Numbered from the stretch's first letter, positions 54,851-64,000 are shown. The stretch is DNA of 64,000 nucleotides from IMGVR_UViG_3300013005_000001:62001-126000, one strand, 5' to 3'. Program-made: numbers and translations. The notes: generated by a model from the letters alone, not told the origin.

Positions 54851-56707
54851 TTACGCCCACCCTGCAATTTCTACGCTGAGTTTATCTTTCAAGAACTTAA
54901 TGATTGGCTTGCGTGTTTCCTCGGCAAGAGGCTGATTGTGCTTACCAAGAAGCTGAGTCATTGTGCCTTGAACCTCACCATTAAGTATTTGTAATGGCGT
55001 AGAACTCCTTCTTACTTCTGCGTGCCCAATCCAATTGCCTTCAACATCTTTGAAACCAATGATGATTGTCTGACCGTCGTAAACACGATCTGCGTAAGAG
55101 CCAATGCAATTGTTTTGAGTAGCTCCCCATTCAACAAGGTCATGCGTCATCTTAGGAACAATCATTTGAATCCCTTCTGCAATCCACTTTCCATCAAATT
55201 CTGCAAATGCTCTTAGGTAAGGAGTGTTTCGCAGCTTCTTGTTTTCTGTCTTGATCTTGTTGTACTCTGCAGTAACAAAGTCATGGATTTGTTCAACATT
55301 CATCCTTGATCGTGCTACGTGCTGCTTAATTGCAGTTCTGTGGTTACGGCCCTTGATTTGTGTAAACATGTGTGCTGCATCAACAGCGTGCTGCCCATTT
55401 AAATACAAATGACCAGGATCTTTGTCAGATGTAAACATTTGCAAGAGATATTCATCCTTATAACCAAAGTCCCGAAAGAATGCCTTAAAACGTTTTCTCA
55501 TTAAAGGACTTGAGTTATAGCGCATGTAGTGACACACTACGTCAAGATCTAACTTCTCTAGCACTTGAGGATTGAACCCACGGGCAATGATCAACAGGTT
55601 AATAGCTCCACGAAGATGATGGAGCGTATTGATCTTGTTTATGTCACCAAAGATCTTCTTAGTTACTCCGTGCGGATGCATGAAAGCCTTATTCAAGATT
55701 TTCTTAGTTGATGTCTCTCCACCAATCCAATAGATGTCAGATTGAGTAATTCCATTTGGGTACAGCCCTGCACACGTACCACCATACTCAGTTGGCATGT
55801 ACTTGAGGATTTTCAATACATCCTCTTCCTTAATCAACTGATCACGCAAACCAAGCACTGTCAGTTCGATTGTGTCATCCAGTGGAACCAATTTCTTTCT
55901 TGCCATCTGGCCGTAAATAAGACCCCAGATCGGTGTGCCTGTCTTTTTGTTCTTCCACATGAGACGGTACCCATTGTTGGTTTTGTTCATGAATAGAACT
56001 CCAGGCCACTTCTTTTGGTAGTGCTGACCCCTGGTGTTAATAGTTGCTGTTTTGAATTCAACAATCCAACCAGCTTTTTCACCAGGCATTTCCGAAACGT
56101 ACATCTCATTGATAGAGACGTAATCAAACAACTTGTGTTCCTCATATTCATCTCCATATGTTTGTTCAAATTTCAAGGCTCGTTTGGTGCGTTCCCCTTT
56201 GTTAACAACTCGAGTTGAGTATGCGCACAATGGAGAGAAGTTGTCTTCGCCGGAACCCAACAGTCCCAACTTTTCTACCTTCTCATTGAACTTTTTAATG
56301 GCATTTCTTGCATCCAAGTAGTTGTCATTAATAAGAGCCAATGACTCTATTACTTCAATCTTGGATTGGAACTCTTGCATTGAACTACCAGCTCGTGGGA
56401 AGGAACGATCATTGCCCACCATGGTCATAACACTTAAATGATGATCAATCTCAGCTCTACTCATTACTTGTTGGATCTGAGTGATATCAAGTATGGCTTT
56501 TGCCAAGTCCATTGAATTCATTTCTGCTGGATCCATGTTTGCAAACCAGATGTTATATTGCTCTAGCGTGCCTTTCTTTGTTTGAATTGTGAGCTTCATG
56601 GGCTCTACCTCTTTCTGTATAGGGAATGGGTTTTTCTCCTGCGGAAGCAGGATTGGTGGTTGTGGATAGTGGGTGGATGGGACATCAGTTTGCTCGAAAC
56701 TGCTCAT
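54851..56707 (-). CDS. PcfJ-like domain protein
   Basis: C-terminal VPK...DLVEWG..QNNCIGSY...V..G...I...Q..G.HN; alternative start at 56599. Confidence 0.8.
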   Translation of the reverse strand: MSSFEQTDVPSTHYPQPPILLPQEKNPFPIQKEVEPMKLTIQTKKGTLEQYNIWFANMDPAEMNSMDLAKAILDITQIQQVMSRAEIDHHLSVMTMVGNDRSFPRAGSSMQEFQSKIEVIESLALINDNYLDARNAIKKFNEKVEKLGLLGSGEDNFSPLCAYSTRVVNKGERTKRALKFEQTYGDEYEEHKLFDYVSINEMYVSEMPGEKAGWIVEFKTATINTRGQHYQKKWPGVLFMNKTNNGYRLMWKNKKTGTPIWGLIYGQMARKKLVPLDDTIELTVLGLRDQLIKEEDVLKILKYMPTEYGGTCAGLYPNGITQSDIYWIGGETSTKKILNKAFMHPHGVTKKIFGDINKINTLHHLRGAINLLIIARGFNPQVLEKLDLDVVCHYMRYNSSPLMRKRFKAFFRDFGYKDEYLLQMFTSDKDPGHLYLNGQHAVDAAHMFTQIKGRNHRTAIKQHVARSRMNVEQIHDFVTAEYNKIKTENKKLRNTPYLRAFAEFDGKWIAEGIQMIVPKMTHDLVEWGATQNNCIGSYADRVYDGQTIIIGFKDVEGNWIGHAEVRRSSTPLQILNGEVQGTMTQLLGKHNQPLAEETRKPIIKFLKDKLSVEIAGWA

Positions 56708-56829
56708 GGTTACCTCCATGTTGGGACCTGGCGAAGGTCTTGGTTCTAGCCATAAAAGAAAAACCCCCCGAAGGGAGTTCTTCTTCTCTTCCAACAGAAC
56801 GCTGCTGGGATGGTCAGGTTAAATACCGA

Positions 56830-57276
56830 CTAGAGGATGTCACCATCTTCTTCGTCATTGTACTCATCAAGAAGCTTCCGGAGCTCCTCTGAAACGCCCA
56901 TGGATGAACCAAGAACGTCAAGAGTCTTTTCTCCATTAGCCCAGCACGAAGCTGCAAAGCCATTAACCGCAACACCATTGTTATTGGTGTAGTTGTTTGG
57001 CTTTACTTCTGTAAGAGTGAAATCTTCACACTTCAGAACCAGCTTCAACCCAGCTGCTTTTGCCTTAGCAAATGCATTAGCCATCAATTCGAGCTTGTCG
57101 GGAAAGACTGTCATCTTTACCTTGAGCGTCTTGGCTTGTGCCTCGGAAACTCCCTTTGCAGAGAGCAAGTCCGGGGTAAGCCCAATGAGGACAGTCCAGA
57201 AAACTGTTCCATCCCCCTTGTTGTTAGGCGCTGGTGCTGTGTTGACGTACAGGTACGTCTTTTTTGTTTCTGACAT
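56830..57276 (-). CDS. paralog family A protein, copy 3
   Basis: Clearly similar to copy 2, same upstream TTGGAGGTTGTC RBS. Confidence 0.75.
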   Translation of the reverse strand: MSETKKTYLYVNTAPAPNNKGDGTVFWTVLIGLTPDLLSAKGVSEAQAKTLKVKMTVFPDKLELMANAFAKAKAAGLKLVLKCEDFTLTEVKPNNYTNNNGVAVNGFAASCWANGEKTLDVLGSSMGVSEELRKLLDEYNDEEDGDIL

Positions 57277-57493
57277 GACAACCTCCAAGTTGTATGTAAG
57301 ATGCGGATGTACAGAATGCACATACGACTACTATTTACTCGTTACAGGAGCTGTTAAGCCACTGTTGACCACACCAAAAGGTGCTGAGGTTGTAATCTAG
57401 TTACTACCCATAAAAGAAAAACCACACTGGATGTGTGGCTCTTCTTGACCGTTATAAATGCATAGGTGGTCAACCTTGGTCATGAGTTAAAAC

Positions 57494-57706
57494 TCAATTG
57501 TTTTGCAAGTCTGCAATCTGCTCACGGGTGAATGTGTCAAACACCCACCGGATTGCCTTGCGGGAACATTTTTCATAGCTCCACTTGTGCTTGGGGTCAC
57601 TTTGGATTTTGTCTGCAATCTTGATGATTGCCAAGCCGAGCTCAAGCCCGTATTGACGACAAATCCTTTCTTGTACTTGAGTTTCCTCAAATTGGGACTG
57701 GGACAT
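57494..57706 (-). CDS. hypothetical protein
   Basis: AAGGAG RBS in cassette. Confidence 0.6.
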   Translation of the reverse strand: MSQSQFEETQVQERICRQYGLELGLAIIKIADKIQSDPKHKWSYEKCSRKAIRWVFDTFTREQIADLQNN

Positions 57707-57819
57707 GGATTTCTCCTTTTGTTGGGCCCAAGCTTCATGCCTGGGGACTACCCATAAAAAAAAGATTTTGATATTATAGATATAGTTATAGGATTAAAGG
57801 CTAGTGTCACCCACATCAC

Positions 57820-58251
57820 CTACTGCCAAACCTTTGCATCGATTACATTCAACCCAAGGCTTTTCATCATCTCCAGGTTAGGATCTTCGTCATCCATAGC
57901 CCATTGCAGGTCATATTTCTTCAAAAGCATCTTGATCATGTGCTCTTTGTATTTCCTGCTACTAATTCCATTCCACTTATTAGGCCTGTGCCAGATCGAA
58001 TCAACCAAATGGTCAATCTCTAATTCCCGCAACTTCTTCCAAGTATTTGCCTTGCAACTTTGCCCTCTTGCAGTTAAGAACACAAGTTCATAACCCATCA
58101 ATTTAAAGGCTTTAAGCATAGCTATACCTCCATCTAGACCATTTGCATTTAGCGTTTCTTGAACCCACTGGTCATCACGCTCTGGTGACCAGTTTGGTGT
58201 GACACTCACAAGAGTGCCGTCGATGTCCACAAGGACAGCTTTTGGTTTCAT
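57820..58251 (-). CDS. HAD-family phosphatase (polynucleotide 3'-phosphatase-like)
   Basis: DIDGTL, LTARG, K, MDDED motifs. Confidence 0.8.
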   Translation of the reverse strand: MKPKAVLVDIDGTLVSVTPNWSPERDDQWVQETLNANGLDGGIAMLKAFKLMGYELVFLTARGQSCKANTWKKLRELEIDHLVDSIWHRPNKWNGISSRKYKEHMIKMLLKKYDLQWAMDDEDPNLEMMKSLGLNVIDAKVWQ

Positions 58252-58375
58252 GATTTTCTCCAATCACTAGGGTCTAGACTTGGTGCCTAGAAACTACCCA
58301 TAAAAGAAAAACTCCCCTAAGGGAGTCCTTCTTCTCTTCTAACAGAACGCTGTTAGGTATTGTCAATCAGTTGGA

Positions 58376-58702
58376 TTAGCTGTTAGGGCACTTACCCTCT
58401 ATGAGGAAGCGTTTGCTCCTCATGCATCCGTATTCCTCAACACGAGCCACTACCTTGTTGTAGTGAATCTTGTCTCCCGGCACACGTATGTATGCCTTGT
58501 TCATCAGTGCTCCAATGAGACGACCAACACCCCATGCGATGTCGCTCGCTTCATCTTTGAACTCTGCCATGCTCTTTGCTTCAAAAAGTTCGTAGATTTC
58601 TCCACGACGCTTTCCTTCCACAAGATCACGACTGAACAAGTCAGCAATGCCCTCCTTGAACGTGTGCACTTTCATGCATCCGCACCAATTTGTTGTTTCC
58701 AT
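58376..58702 (-). CDS. hypothetical protein, weak MazG-like acidic motif
   Basis: E..E...DEASD. Confidence 0.5.
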   Translation of the reverse strand: METTNWCGCMKVHTFKEGIADLFSRDLVEGKRRGEIYELFEAKSMAEFKDEASDIAWGVGRLIGALMNKAYIRVPGDKIHYNKVVARVEEYGCMRSKRFLIEGKCPNS

Positions 58703-58790
58703 TGTTACCTTTCTAAGCAGGGATCTCAACCCTACTCATAAAAAGAAAACGGCCCTATCTCCCGACAGTACCGTTCCCTTTTCCAACCAC

Positions 58791-59141
58791 TTAGTAGTCG
58801 CGCTGGTTGAAGACGCAATCTCCAGTAAATGGCCTATCACCGGTATTGTATTTACCATCTCGATGTTCAGTCATTACTAAAGGTTTTGTACCTTCAGACA
58901 GAATTTCCTTAATGTACTTTTCTAGCTGTTGGTACTGCTTCTCGTAGGATTGCTCATTACCAACCTGACTGTGACACTCAATGTTCTCAAGCATGTTGAC
59001 AATGGTCTTTTCAACATCTGCATAAACATCGGTGATGTCATAGCCCCAGAAAGCCCAGTAATTGACGTATGCACGCCCCTCACTGGTGTGACCCAGTATG
59101 ATGTTGATCATCGTAATGATGATTTCCTTTGGAATGAACAT
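58791..59141 (-). CDS. hypothetical protein
   Basis: GGAGG RBS in cassette. Confidence 0.6.
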   Translation of the reverse strand: MFIPKEIIITMINIILGHTSEGRAYVNYWAFWGYDITDVYADVEKTIVNMLENIECHSQVGNEQSYEKQYQQLEKYIKEILSEGTKPLVMTEHRDGKYNTGDRPFTGDCVFNQRDY

Positions 59142-59277
59142 GTTTTACCTCCATGTTCTAATGCCCACACCACGTTGGTGTAGGACTTGGTAGCTTTCAG
59201 ACTACCCATAAAGGAAAAACCACCCTGGATGGGTGGTATCCTTCAGGTTTACTTGATTCAACCTTGTTGCTACAGTT

Positions 59278-59769
59278 TTACTTGTGAGCTTTGTGTGCCT
59301 TTGCTGGGTAACTACCCCAGTTTGCGTTGCGGACGTGATCCCAGGTGCAGTGACGAGAACTGCAGACGCTGCACTTTGGATGCGTTGCGCCGTTTCTCAC
59401 TTTCTTCACTTGGACTCTTTTTGCGTCCGCCTTTTCCATTTCTTCCTGAAGAAGATACATCTCATCGAGCTTGGTGTTTGCTTCGATGTACTCTTTGCGG
59501 GCAGTGCCCAGAGAGATGTAGTAGTCCAGTTTGTCTGAGCAGAACCAGCAGTAGCCCTCGTTGTGACCACTTGTGTCCCACTCAGTGCTTCCGCACGCTT
59601 TGCACGGTGAGCATTCCTGAACTTCTTCTTCCTTGACACTCTTCAGTTCGTTGATGGTTTCCTTGATGGATTCCTTGACGAAGTGCTTGATTGCCCTTTG
59701 CTGGAAGTTGATCACCAGATTGGAGACGAAGATCGCCACCAGACTGAGAATCAAGAAAAGATCTGCCAT
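59278..59769 (-). CDS. membrane-anchored protein with CxxC zinc fingers
   Basis: N-terminal TM, CKAC, CWFC, CSVC. Confidence 0.6.
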   Translation of the reverse strand: MADLFLILSLVAIFVSNLVINFQQRAIKHFVKESIKETINELKSVKEEEVQECSPCKACGSTEWDTSGHNEGYCWFCSDKLDYYISLGTARKEYIEANTKLDEMYLLQEEMEKADAKRVQVKKVRNGATHPKCSVCSSRHCTWDHVRNANWGSYPAKAHKAHK

Positions 59770-59924
59770 AACAGATTCCTCCTTTTTTTGTGCCCACACC
59801 CCAATGGTGTAGGACTTGGCAGCTTTCAAACTACCCATAAAAGAAAAACTACACTGGATGTGTAGCATTCTTTTGAACCGTTATAATAATATGTATAGGT
59901 GGTTAACCTTGGTCATACTTCTCG

Positions 59925-60245
59925 TTAAGGAAAGAAAGAGTCTCCTATTTCTTCACATGGATCACACCACATACCGTAACGATCTACGGGTGTAGTGTGA
60001 CACTTGTGGCATTTTGCAATGCAGCCGACATGTGCAGAAAGAAACTGATTCCTCTCCTCTTCTGAAACCAGGACGTAGTAACTGTCGTCGTTTTCCCATT
60101 CCAACCTTTCAGTTGGGAAATGGTAACCACAGTTACATACCCATGTCACCGGTGCAAGCCTGCCATCAATGTCATACTCACTTTCCGGATAGTATCCAAA
60201 GCGAAGAGCCCAGATACCTTCTGGTAACTTGAAGTTCAAAGGCAT
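59925..60245 (-). CDS. Cys-rich zinc-finger protein
   Basis: CNC, CHKC, CDPC; AAGGAGG RBS. Confidence 0.6.
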   Translation of the reverse strand: MPLNFKLPEGIWALRFGYYPESEYDIDGRLAPVTWVCNCGYHFPTERLEWENDDSYYVLVSEEERNQFLSAHVGCIAKCHKCHTTPVDRYGMWCDPCEEIGDSFFP

Positions 60246-60351
60246 TTCTGCCTCCTTTCAGTTTTGCCCACATCGGAGTGATGCAGGACTTGGCAATCGT
60301 CAGACTACCCATAAAAGAAAAACCACACTGGCTGTGTGGCATTCTTTTGCA

Positions 60352-60624
60352 TCAAACTTCAACAATTTCCAATATGGATTGTGAATCCAACATGGTCAAG
60401 AGTCCGTCTGCTGCGTCGATGTATACAACTGTTCCAGCCAGAACTTGATGACACTCTGTGCCAAAATGTTCTTGATAGAATTCCATTGCTACATCGTTGG
60501 ATGGAATGATGAATTCGTCAATCACTTCTTCCTGATCGAAATCAGACCAGATATGAACGTAACGAATGTACACCCTTTTTCCTGCTTCCATTTTGCCTCC
60601 TTTCTCATTCGGTAATATGGACAT
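60352..60624 (-). CDS. hypothetical protein
   Basis: AGGAGG RBS. Confidence 0.55.
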   Translation of the reverse strand: MSILPNEKGGKMEAGKRVYIRYVHIWSDFDQEEVIDEFIIPSNDVAMEFYQEHFGTECHQVLAGTVVYIDAADGLLTMLDSQSILEIVEV

Positions 60625-60703
60625 GGACCTTCCTCCTTGAGTAATCGTCAGACTACCCATAAAAGAGAAACCTCAGGAACTAACCCTGAGGCTCTCTATC
60701 ATG

Positions 60704-60994
60704 TCACTTACTTATTGGAATCTGGATTGTTTGTCCAGGCCGCAAAGATGTGCCATTATGCACAACCAGGTAATCGGTTAGTGGTTGATATCCACTGCAA
60801 TTACCTGACTGCACTTGTTCTGATGCAATCCCTGTGATGGTGTCTCCCGACTTTACCACAACCTGGATTGCTTGTTTACAAAGGAACTTCTCTTGTAAAG
60901 AGTTCCCCAAAAATGAAATGACGTTAATCATTCCAATGATTGCAAGAACCAAGACAACAAGTGCCATGATTCTCCTGTACCAGTAGATGCTCAT
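60704..60994 (-). CDS. membrane-anchored LysM-domain protein
   Basis: TM helix then VVVKSGDTITGIA...N...LRPGQTIQIP. Confidence 0.8.
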   Translation of the reverse strand: MSIYWYRRIMALVVLVLAIIGMINVISFLGNSLQEKFLCKQAIQVVVKSGDTITGIASEQVQSGNCSGYQPLTDYLVVHNGTSLRPGQTIQIPISK

Positions 60995-61141
60995 CACATC
61001 TCCTTTCAGTTTTGCCCACACGGTTATGCAGGACTTGGTGGTCGTCAGACTACCCATAAAAGAAAAACACCATACTGGATGTATAGTGTTTCTCTATTAG
61101 TGATTGTTCTGTTGCCAGGCGTCACTACTGCCCCGTACTAA

Positions 61142-61318
61142 TTACAGATCCTGCCTGGTATTCAAATACTCTTTAAGCTGTTTAAGCTTCAAGTGCATTT
61201 CTTCCTTGCATTCATCTATATTTAGGTGATGGTTCTCATCGTGCATATACATGACTGACTGTTGCCATTCACATGTTGCACCATAAGCATCACTTAACAA
61301 GTCTGCTAGATTGTTCAT
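61142..61318 (-). CDS. 58 aa protein, tandem copy 1
   Basis: AGGAGG RBS; MNNLADLLSDAYGATCEWQ... Confidence 0.7.
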   Translation of the reverse strand: MNNLADLLSDAYGATCEWQQSVMYMHDENHHLNIDECKEEMHLKLKQLKEYLNTRQDL

Positions 61319-61450
61319 CTTGCTTCCTCCTTTCTGAATAGATGGCCTACCAAGCCTAGAATCTACCCATAAAAGAAAAACTACACTGGATGTGTAGTTC
61401 TTCTTCGTGATTGTTCTGTTGCCAGGCGTCACTACTGCCCCGTAGTCTAA

Positions 61451-61627
61451 TTACAGATCCTGCATGTTATCCAAATACTCTTTCAGGTTTTTAAGCCTCA
61501 AGCGCATTTCTTTATCACACTGGTCTATATTTAGGCGATGGTTCTCATCATGCATCCACATAACTGAATGTTGCCATTCACATGTTGCATTAAGAGCATC
61601 GCTTAACAAGGATGCTAGATTTTTCAT
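61451..61627 (-). CDS. 58 aa protein, tandem copy 2 (absent from the ORF track)
   Basis: MKNLASLLSDALNATCEWQHSVMWMHDENHRLNIDQCDKEMRLRLKNLKEYLDNMQDL. Confidence 0.7.
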   Translation of the reverse strand: MKNLASLLSDALNATCEWQHSVMWMHDENHRLNIDQCDKEMRLRLKNLKEYLDNMQDL

Positions 61628-61752
61628 CTTGCTTCCTCCTTTCTAGATAGATGGCCTACCAAGCCTAGAATCTATCCACAAAAAGAAAACCCCTTTCGGA
61701 GTCTTCTTAATCACCAATTATAATAATATTTATAGGATGGTGAATCCTTGGT

Positions 61753-62172
61753 CTAACCCTTCGTGAAGCCCTCGCTTGCGTTGAAGACATTGATTTCCAT
61801 CTTCGTGATGTGTTCTTCGTTATACATAACGACGATGTCATCACGCTGGATTTCTTTCTTCAGCCAAGCTTGCAGACATTCAGTCACAACATGATGACTG
61901 ATTTCTTTTGTTGGGCTCAGAAGACAAAACGGGTTGGTCTTTTCCCATTCGGAGTCATACTTGCTGACTACGGTAAACATCCAATTGAAGCCCTTTTCAA
62001 GGCCAATCAGCTCGACATCAACCCAGTTGGCAATGGGAACTACCTTTCCGTTGATGTATCGGCCCGGAGACACAATTTCATCAAGAGTCAGGTCGTAGCT
62101 TGCCCACAGAAGCAGTGCTCCAATAGGAAGATTCATGAGAGCTTCGACAAGCTCCCAATCCTTCTCGTCCAT
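61753..62172 (-). CDS. hypothetical protein
   Basis: AAGGA RBS in cassette. Confidence 0.6.
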   Translation of the reverse strand: MDEKDWELVEALMNLPIGALLLWASYDLTLDEIVSPGRYINGKVVPIANWVDVELIGLEKGFNWMFTVVSKYDSEWEKTNPFCLLSPTKEISHHVVTECLQAWLKKEIQRDDIVVMYNEEHITKMEINVFNASEGFTKG

Positions 62173-62542
62173 GGTTTCCTTTCGGGTGGCCCCAACCAAG
62201 GGACTCTTAGTCTACCCATAAAAGAAAAACCCAGGAACTGACCCTGGGTTATCTTTATTGTCTAGTTTTCGAGTAGCTTCGCCAATACATCTAGCACTAA
62301 ATCCCATTCTCCCCATTCTTGGTCTGCAACGGTCTTACGGTTAATTGCATCGGCTAACTTAGTTTTCGCTGATTCGATATCGGCTAGAACTTCTTTTGGC
62401 AATGACATGGATTTCTCCTCTGTTAGATTAGGCTTTCATACCTAATGACTATTCATAAAAGAAAAACCCCAGGGGATTGCCCTGAGGTTCTTCTTGACAG
62501 AGTATTTATTACACACCCCTGACTGGTGTGGGCACAAGTGGC

Positions 62543-62833
62543 CTACCGACTCAAGTCCGAAGGGCAGTCTCCAGAATGGCTAACCACTCTGTAGAGCTGC
62601 TCTCCGGTTGGTCCGAACTCCCTCTGAGGGTGGAAATTGCTCGGCTTCCGAAGAAGCTCAAGCAATCCTACCTTCTTATGGCAGAACAGACAACACTTCT
62701 CTGGTGAAAAGAGTCGAATTGTCATCAAATAACTCAAGGTTATCTGATTAAATTCGCTCTTCACCAAAGAAGACCGAAGTCGGTTGTGGAGAATGATCAT
62801 AAACCAGTAGACTCGAAAGTCTTCTGGTACCAT
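62543..62833 (-). CDS. hypothetical protein
   Basis: RBS before MVPEDF. Confidence 0.5.
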   Translation of the reverse strand: MVPEDFRVYWFMIILHNRLRSSLVKSEFNQITLSYLMTIRLFSPEKCCLFCHKKVGLLELLRKPSNFHPQREFGPTGEQLYRVVSHSGDCPSDLSR

Positions 62834-62970
62834 GATGATACCCCCTTTCTCCATGGTTTCACCCATGGGTAAAGGCGCACACCGGGTTGGTGCACGACTT
62901 GGCAACCTTGCGGCTACCCATAAAAGAAAAACCCAGGAACTGACCCTGGGTTATCTTTACGAGTTTTACA

Positions 62971-63291
62971 TCAAGCATCGTAGAAAAGCTTAATAAAGCC
63001 TTCTTCGATATCCTTTGTAGGAAGAACTTTAATTGAATAAAGATCATCTGCAAAGAGACTGATGTATCCACCTTCTTGGGCAACGGCCTGCAAATCATGC
63101 ACCCCCATAGGGACACAGACATACATGTCGTTTGGCAACGATACCAATGGATGCTTCTGGTTGTCCAGATAGCACCCGTCTAGCACTCGGCTGTGCGCCT
63201 GTGTGCATGACATGTGTACCTCCATAAGGGTGTCGCCCTCAAAGAAGAACACGTGGTACGTATTCCTAGAGTAAATGGTTACCTCTTCCAT
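62971..63291 (-). CDS. hypothetical protein
   Basis: AAGGAG RBS in cassette. Confidence 0.6.
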   Translation of the reverse strand: MEEVTIYSRNTYHVFFFEGDTLMEVHMSCTQAHSRVLDGCYLDNQKHPLVSLPNDMYVCVPMGVHDLQAVAQEGGYISLFADDLYSIKVLPTKDIEEGFIKLFYDA

Positions 63292-63502
63292 AATTGCTCC
63301 TTTCAGTTAGCAAGTAGGGGTTGCGTACACCGGTTGGTGCACGACTAAGTAGCTGTTGGACTACCTATAAAAGAAAAACGGACGCATACGAGACGCCCGC
63401 TTTCCTTACCTGTGATCATTCGGCTTCTTTTTTCTCACTTACTAGATCTTCTGTTGCCAGGCCAAAGATATGGCCCCGAATCAAATTCAATTAGCGATCA
63501 AC

Positions 63503-63688
63503 TCAGATGTGCTTCTTGATGGTCCTTGCTCCGAAGAACGAGGCAACCACAAGAACGCCCAACCAGTTAACCAAGCCAAGAACGATTGCAACAACCGTCC
63601 AAGCCCAGCTCACTGCAGGAGTCACCAAGAGAACAACCACAAGGATTGCAAACCTGTGCTCCCGGAGGAACGCTTTGATTTTGTTCAT
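63503..63688 (-). CDS. small membrane protein
   Basis: AAGGAGGT RBS, two TM helices. Confidence 0.6.
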   Translation of the reverse strand: MNKIKAFLREHRFAILVVVLLVTPAVSWAWTVVAIVLGLVNWLGVLVVASFFGARTIKKHI

Positions 63689-64000
63689 TTCACCTCCTTT
63701 CACAAAGATGAACGAGCGCATGCCGGAGTGGCACACGACTTAGCAACCTCTCGGCTACTCATAAAAGAAAAACACCACACTGGCTGTGTGGTGCCTCTTT
63801 ATCAGTGATTGTGATTAACAGAGCGTCACTACTGCTCCGGCTTAATACATGCAACTAACCGTTATATGAACGATCGCAGCTAGGGCAACGTGTTTCTCCA
63901 TTATCTGGGAACTCGTGTCCACACCACCTGCACTTAAGCTTGAGTAAAAGGCGCATCTAACCTCCTTTCTTTGGGCTCAGGCTTCCATACCTGATAACTA

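Larger units (their letters stand above)
53280..63771 (-). repeat. 20 dispersed copies of hairpin + TTTTCTTTTATGGGTAG (terminator/promoter module), about one per gene cassette
   Basis: Plus-strand CTACCCATAAAAGAAAA or close variant starting at 53280, 53974, 54452, 56746, 57404, 57748, 58294, 58732, 59202, 59831, 60305, 60653, 61050, 61363, 61672, 62212, 62449, 62914, 63361, 63755. Confidence 0.92.

Noticed and set aside
60352-61057. ORF starts at the ATG inside the TTTTATGGGTAG motif (MGSLT...)
   Set aside because: The frame is open in only some cassettes and strong RBS-ATG starts exist downstream; leaderless initiation is not fully excluded.
43092-62241. Plus-strand ORFs 43092-43589, 46066-46488, 48065-48448, 53372-53758, 56993-57400, 59187-59636, 61810-62241 and other short antisense ORFs
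   Set aside because: Shadow ORFs antisense to well-supported genes, without RBS or recognisable motifs.
53280-63771. CRISPR array or integron interpretation of the repeated motif
   Set aside because: Spacing is irregular (about 240-2300 bp) with whole ORFs between copies; no cas genes, no integrase and no attC-type inverted core sites in the window.

Overview
A 64 kb segment of a large AT-rich bacteriophage genome. Phage origin is inferred from dense unidirectional small ORFs, seven tRNA-type genes, KTSC, SSB and PcfJ-like genes; no capsid or terminase gene is in the window. WhiB, an Rpf-type transglycosylase and an actinobacterial-style CspA point to an Actinobacteria host. 0.4-6.8 kb holds plus-strand low-complexity, possibly virion/late genes interrupted by an RmlB-like gene and a tRNA; from 7 kb onward all credible genes are on the minus strand. 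Highlights: (1) an apparently complete virus-encoded ubiquitin/proteasome-like pathway (Ubl ending RAGEKG, ThiF/E1, JAB, three Prok-E2_D-like proteins, AAA+ ATPase, Thr-nucleophile proteasome-beta/HslV-like protease) at 9.5-24.5 kb; (2) two paralogous ~800 aa proteins with motifs of RdRP/YonO-like two-barrel RNA polymerases but an atypical GGxDxDD catalytic motif; (3) a 53-64 kb array of gene cassettes, each preceded by hairpin + TTTTCTTTTATGGGTAG (20 copies), often with a second box exactly 11 nt downstream and a covarying hairpin; (4) a stand-alone IS110/Nop-like (TasA-like) protein; (5) structurally atypical tRNAs. All assignments come from motif recognition by eye; no database searches were run.
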